From Sphaerodactylus townsendi (taxonomy: Eukaryota): a stretch of DNA of 64,000 nucleotides. Positions 63,253 to 64,000 of this stretch are shown here, in pieces; the first letter of the stretch is position 1, and every line of letters begins with the position of its first letter. The notes under the pieces are model-generated. The model saw nothing but the letters and a program-made list of their open reading frames with translations. It made no database searches and was not told the origin of the DNA. A program made the position numbers and the translations under genes. The stretch is taken from contig NC_059432.1 of assembly GCF_021028975.2 (NCBI RefSeq), forward strand, positions 27,466,001 to 27,530,000. The letters are read 5' to 3'.

Positions 63253-63842
63253 ACAGCCAGCGTGGTATAGTGGTTAAGGTGTCAAAACTAGAATCTGGGA
63301 AACCCATGTTCAAATCCACACTCATGCCATGGAAGCAGAGGCGTAGCTGGCAAGGCCAGAAGCCTTGCTAAGCCCAGTGCGTTTTTAATATTTTTCTGCC
63401 CATGGCCGGTACAAGCCTTCTCACCCCGCTTCCCACACTTACCTTAGTTCCTTTCCTTTCCTTTTTGAGAACTTTTTCAGGCTGCAGAAGGCCTGATCTC
63501 AGTAAAAATGGCCTGATGGCAACTATACTTCCCAGGAGACTTTGTGAGCCCCAAGGTCTCCTGGGAACTGTAGTTCCTCAGGGCGTTTTTACTGCAACAG
63601 GTCTTTTGCAGCCTGAAAAAGTTCTCAAAAAGGGAAGGAACTAAGGTAAGTGGGATGGGGGGAAGGGGGGAGCCACAAGGGGGGCGCCGCAAGGGGAGCG
63701 CCGTGGGGGGAAGGGAGGGGCCTGGGGTGATTTCCACGCACCCCCAGGCGTGCGCTCGGTGCACCCCCCCCCCGTCCCCTTGGAGCTTCGCCACTGCATG
63801 GAAGCTTGCTTGGGTGACCTTGGCCCAGTCACACACTCTCAG
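63253..63842 (+). mobile_element. tRNA SINE split by a hAT insertion
   Basis: Head at 63253-63335; body resumes at 63805 after the TSD. Confidence 0.7.
63336..63796. mobile_element. hAT element with a long internal inverted repeat
   Basis: TIR CAGAGGCGTAGC/GCTTCGCCACTG; TSD CATGGAAG; arms span 63438-63650. Confidence 0.85.
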
Positions 63843-64000
63843 CTGTGACCATGGCTGGTATTTGGGATGGGAGACCTCTGAGGAATACCAGGGTCATGAT
63901 GTGGAGGCAGGCAATGGCAAACCACCTCCCAAACGTCTTTTGCTTTGAAACCGCCCACCCCCCCCCAGGTTCACCATAAGTAAGTTGTCACTTGATGGCA

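Noticed and set aside
60684-64000. SGPL1 start-codon exon
   Set aside because: No convincing ATG plus phase-0 donor found; the candidate at ~61179 hits a stop; the exon probably lies beyond the window

Overview
Vertebrate genomic DNA, inferred to be a squamate and probably a gecko from its repeat families. It has three N-gaps (9875-10007, 22164-22445, 26923-27090). Two genes lie tail to tail. PCBD1 (+) is complete: 4 exons, 104 aa, with a CpG-island promoter at ~12.4-13.3 kb. SGPL1 (-) has 13 coding exons in the window (human exons 3-15, numbering from memory); its start exon appears to lie beyond 64 kb. The rest is a dense set of transposons: hAT MITEs (SPIN-like, OposCharlie1-like, palindromic), Squam3-type tRNA SINEs, 5S-derived SINEs, L1, L2, CR1, RTE-BovB, R4/Dong, Rex1 and Penelope fragments, and a solo ERV LTR. 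Most notable: (1) an intact-looking minimal hammerhead ribozyme in a Penelope remnant (41312-41354); (2) SGPL1 exon 9 carries 9 extra bases and an in-frame TGA, most likely a long-read gap-fill error; (3) inverted transposon pairs flank SGPL1 exons 5/8-13 and could drive circRNA formation; (4) near-perfect hairpin MITEs carry paired ACTACAATTCCCA (ZNF143/THAP11-type) motifs. I found no convincing wholly new biological system. All repeat-family names come from recognition and were not database-verified.
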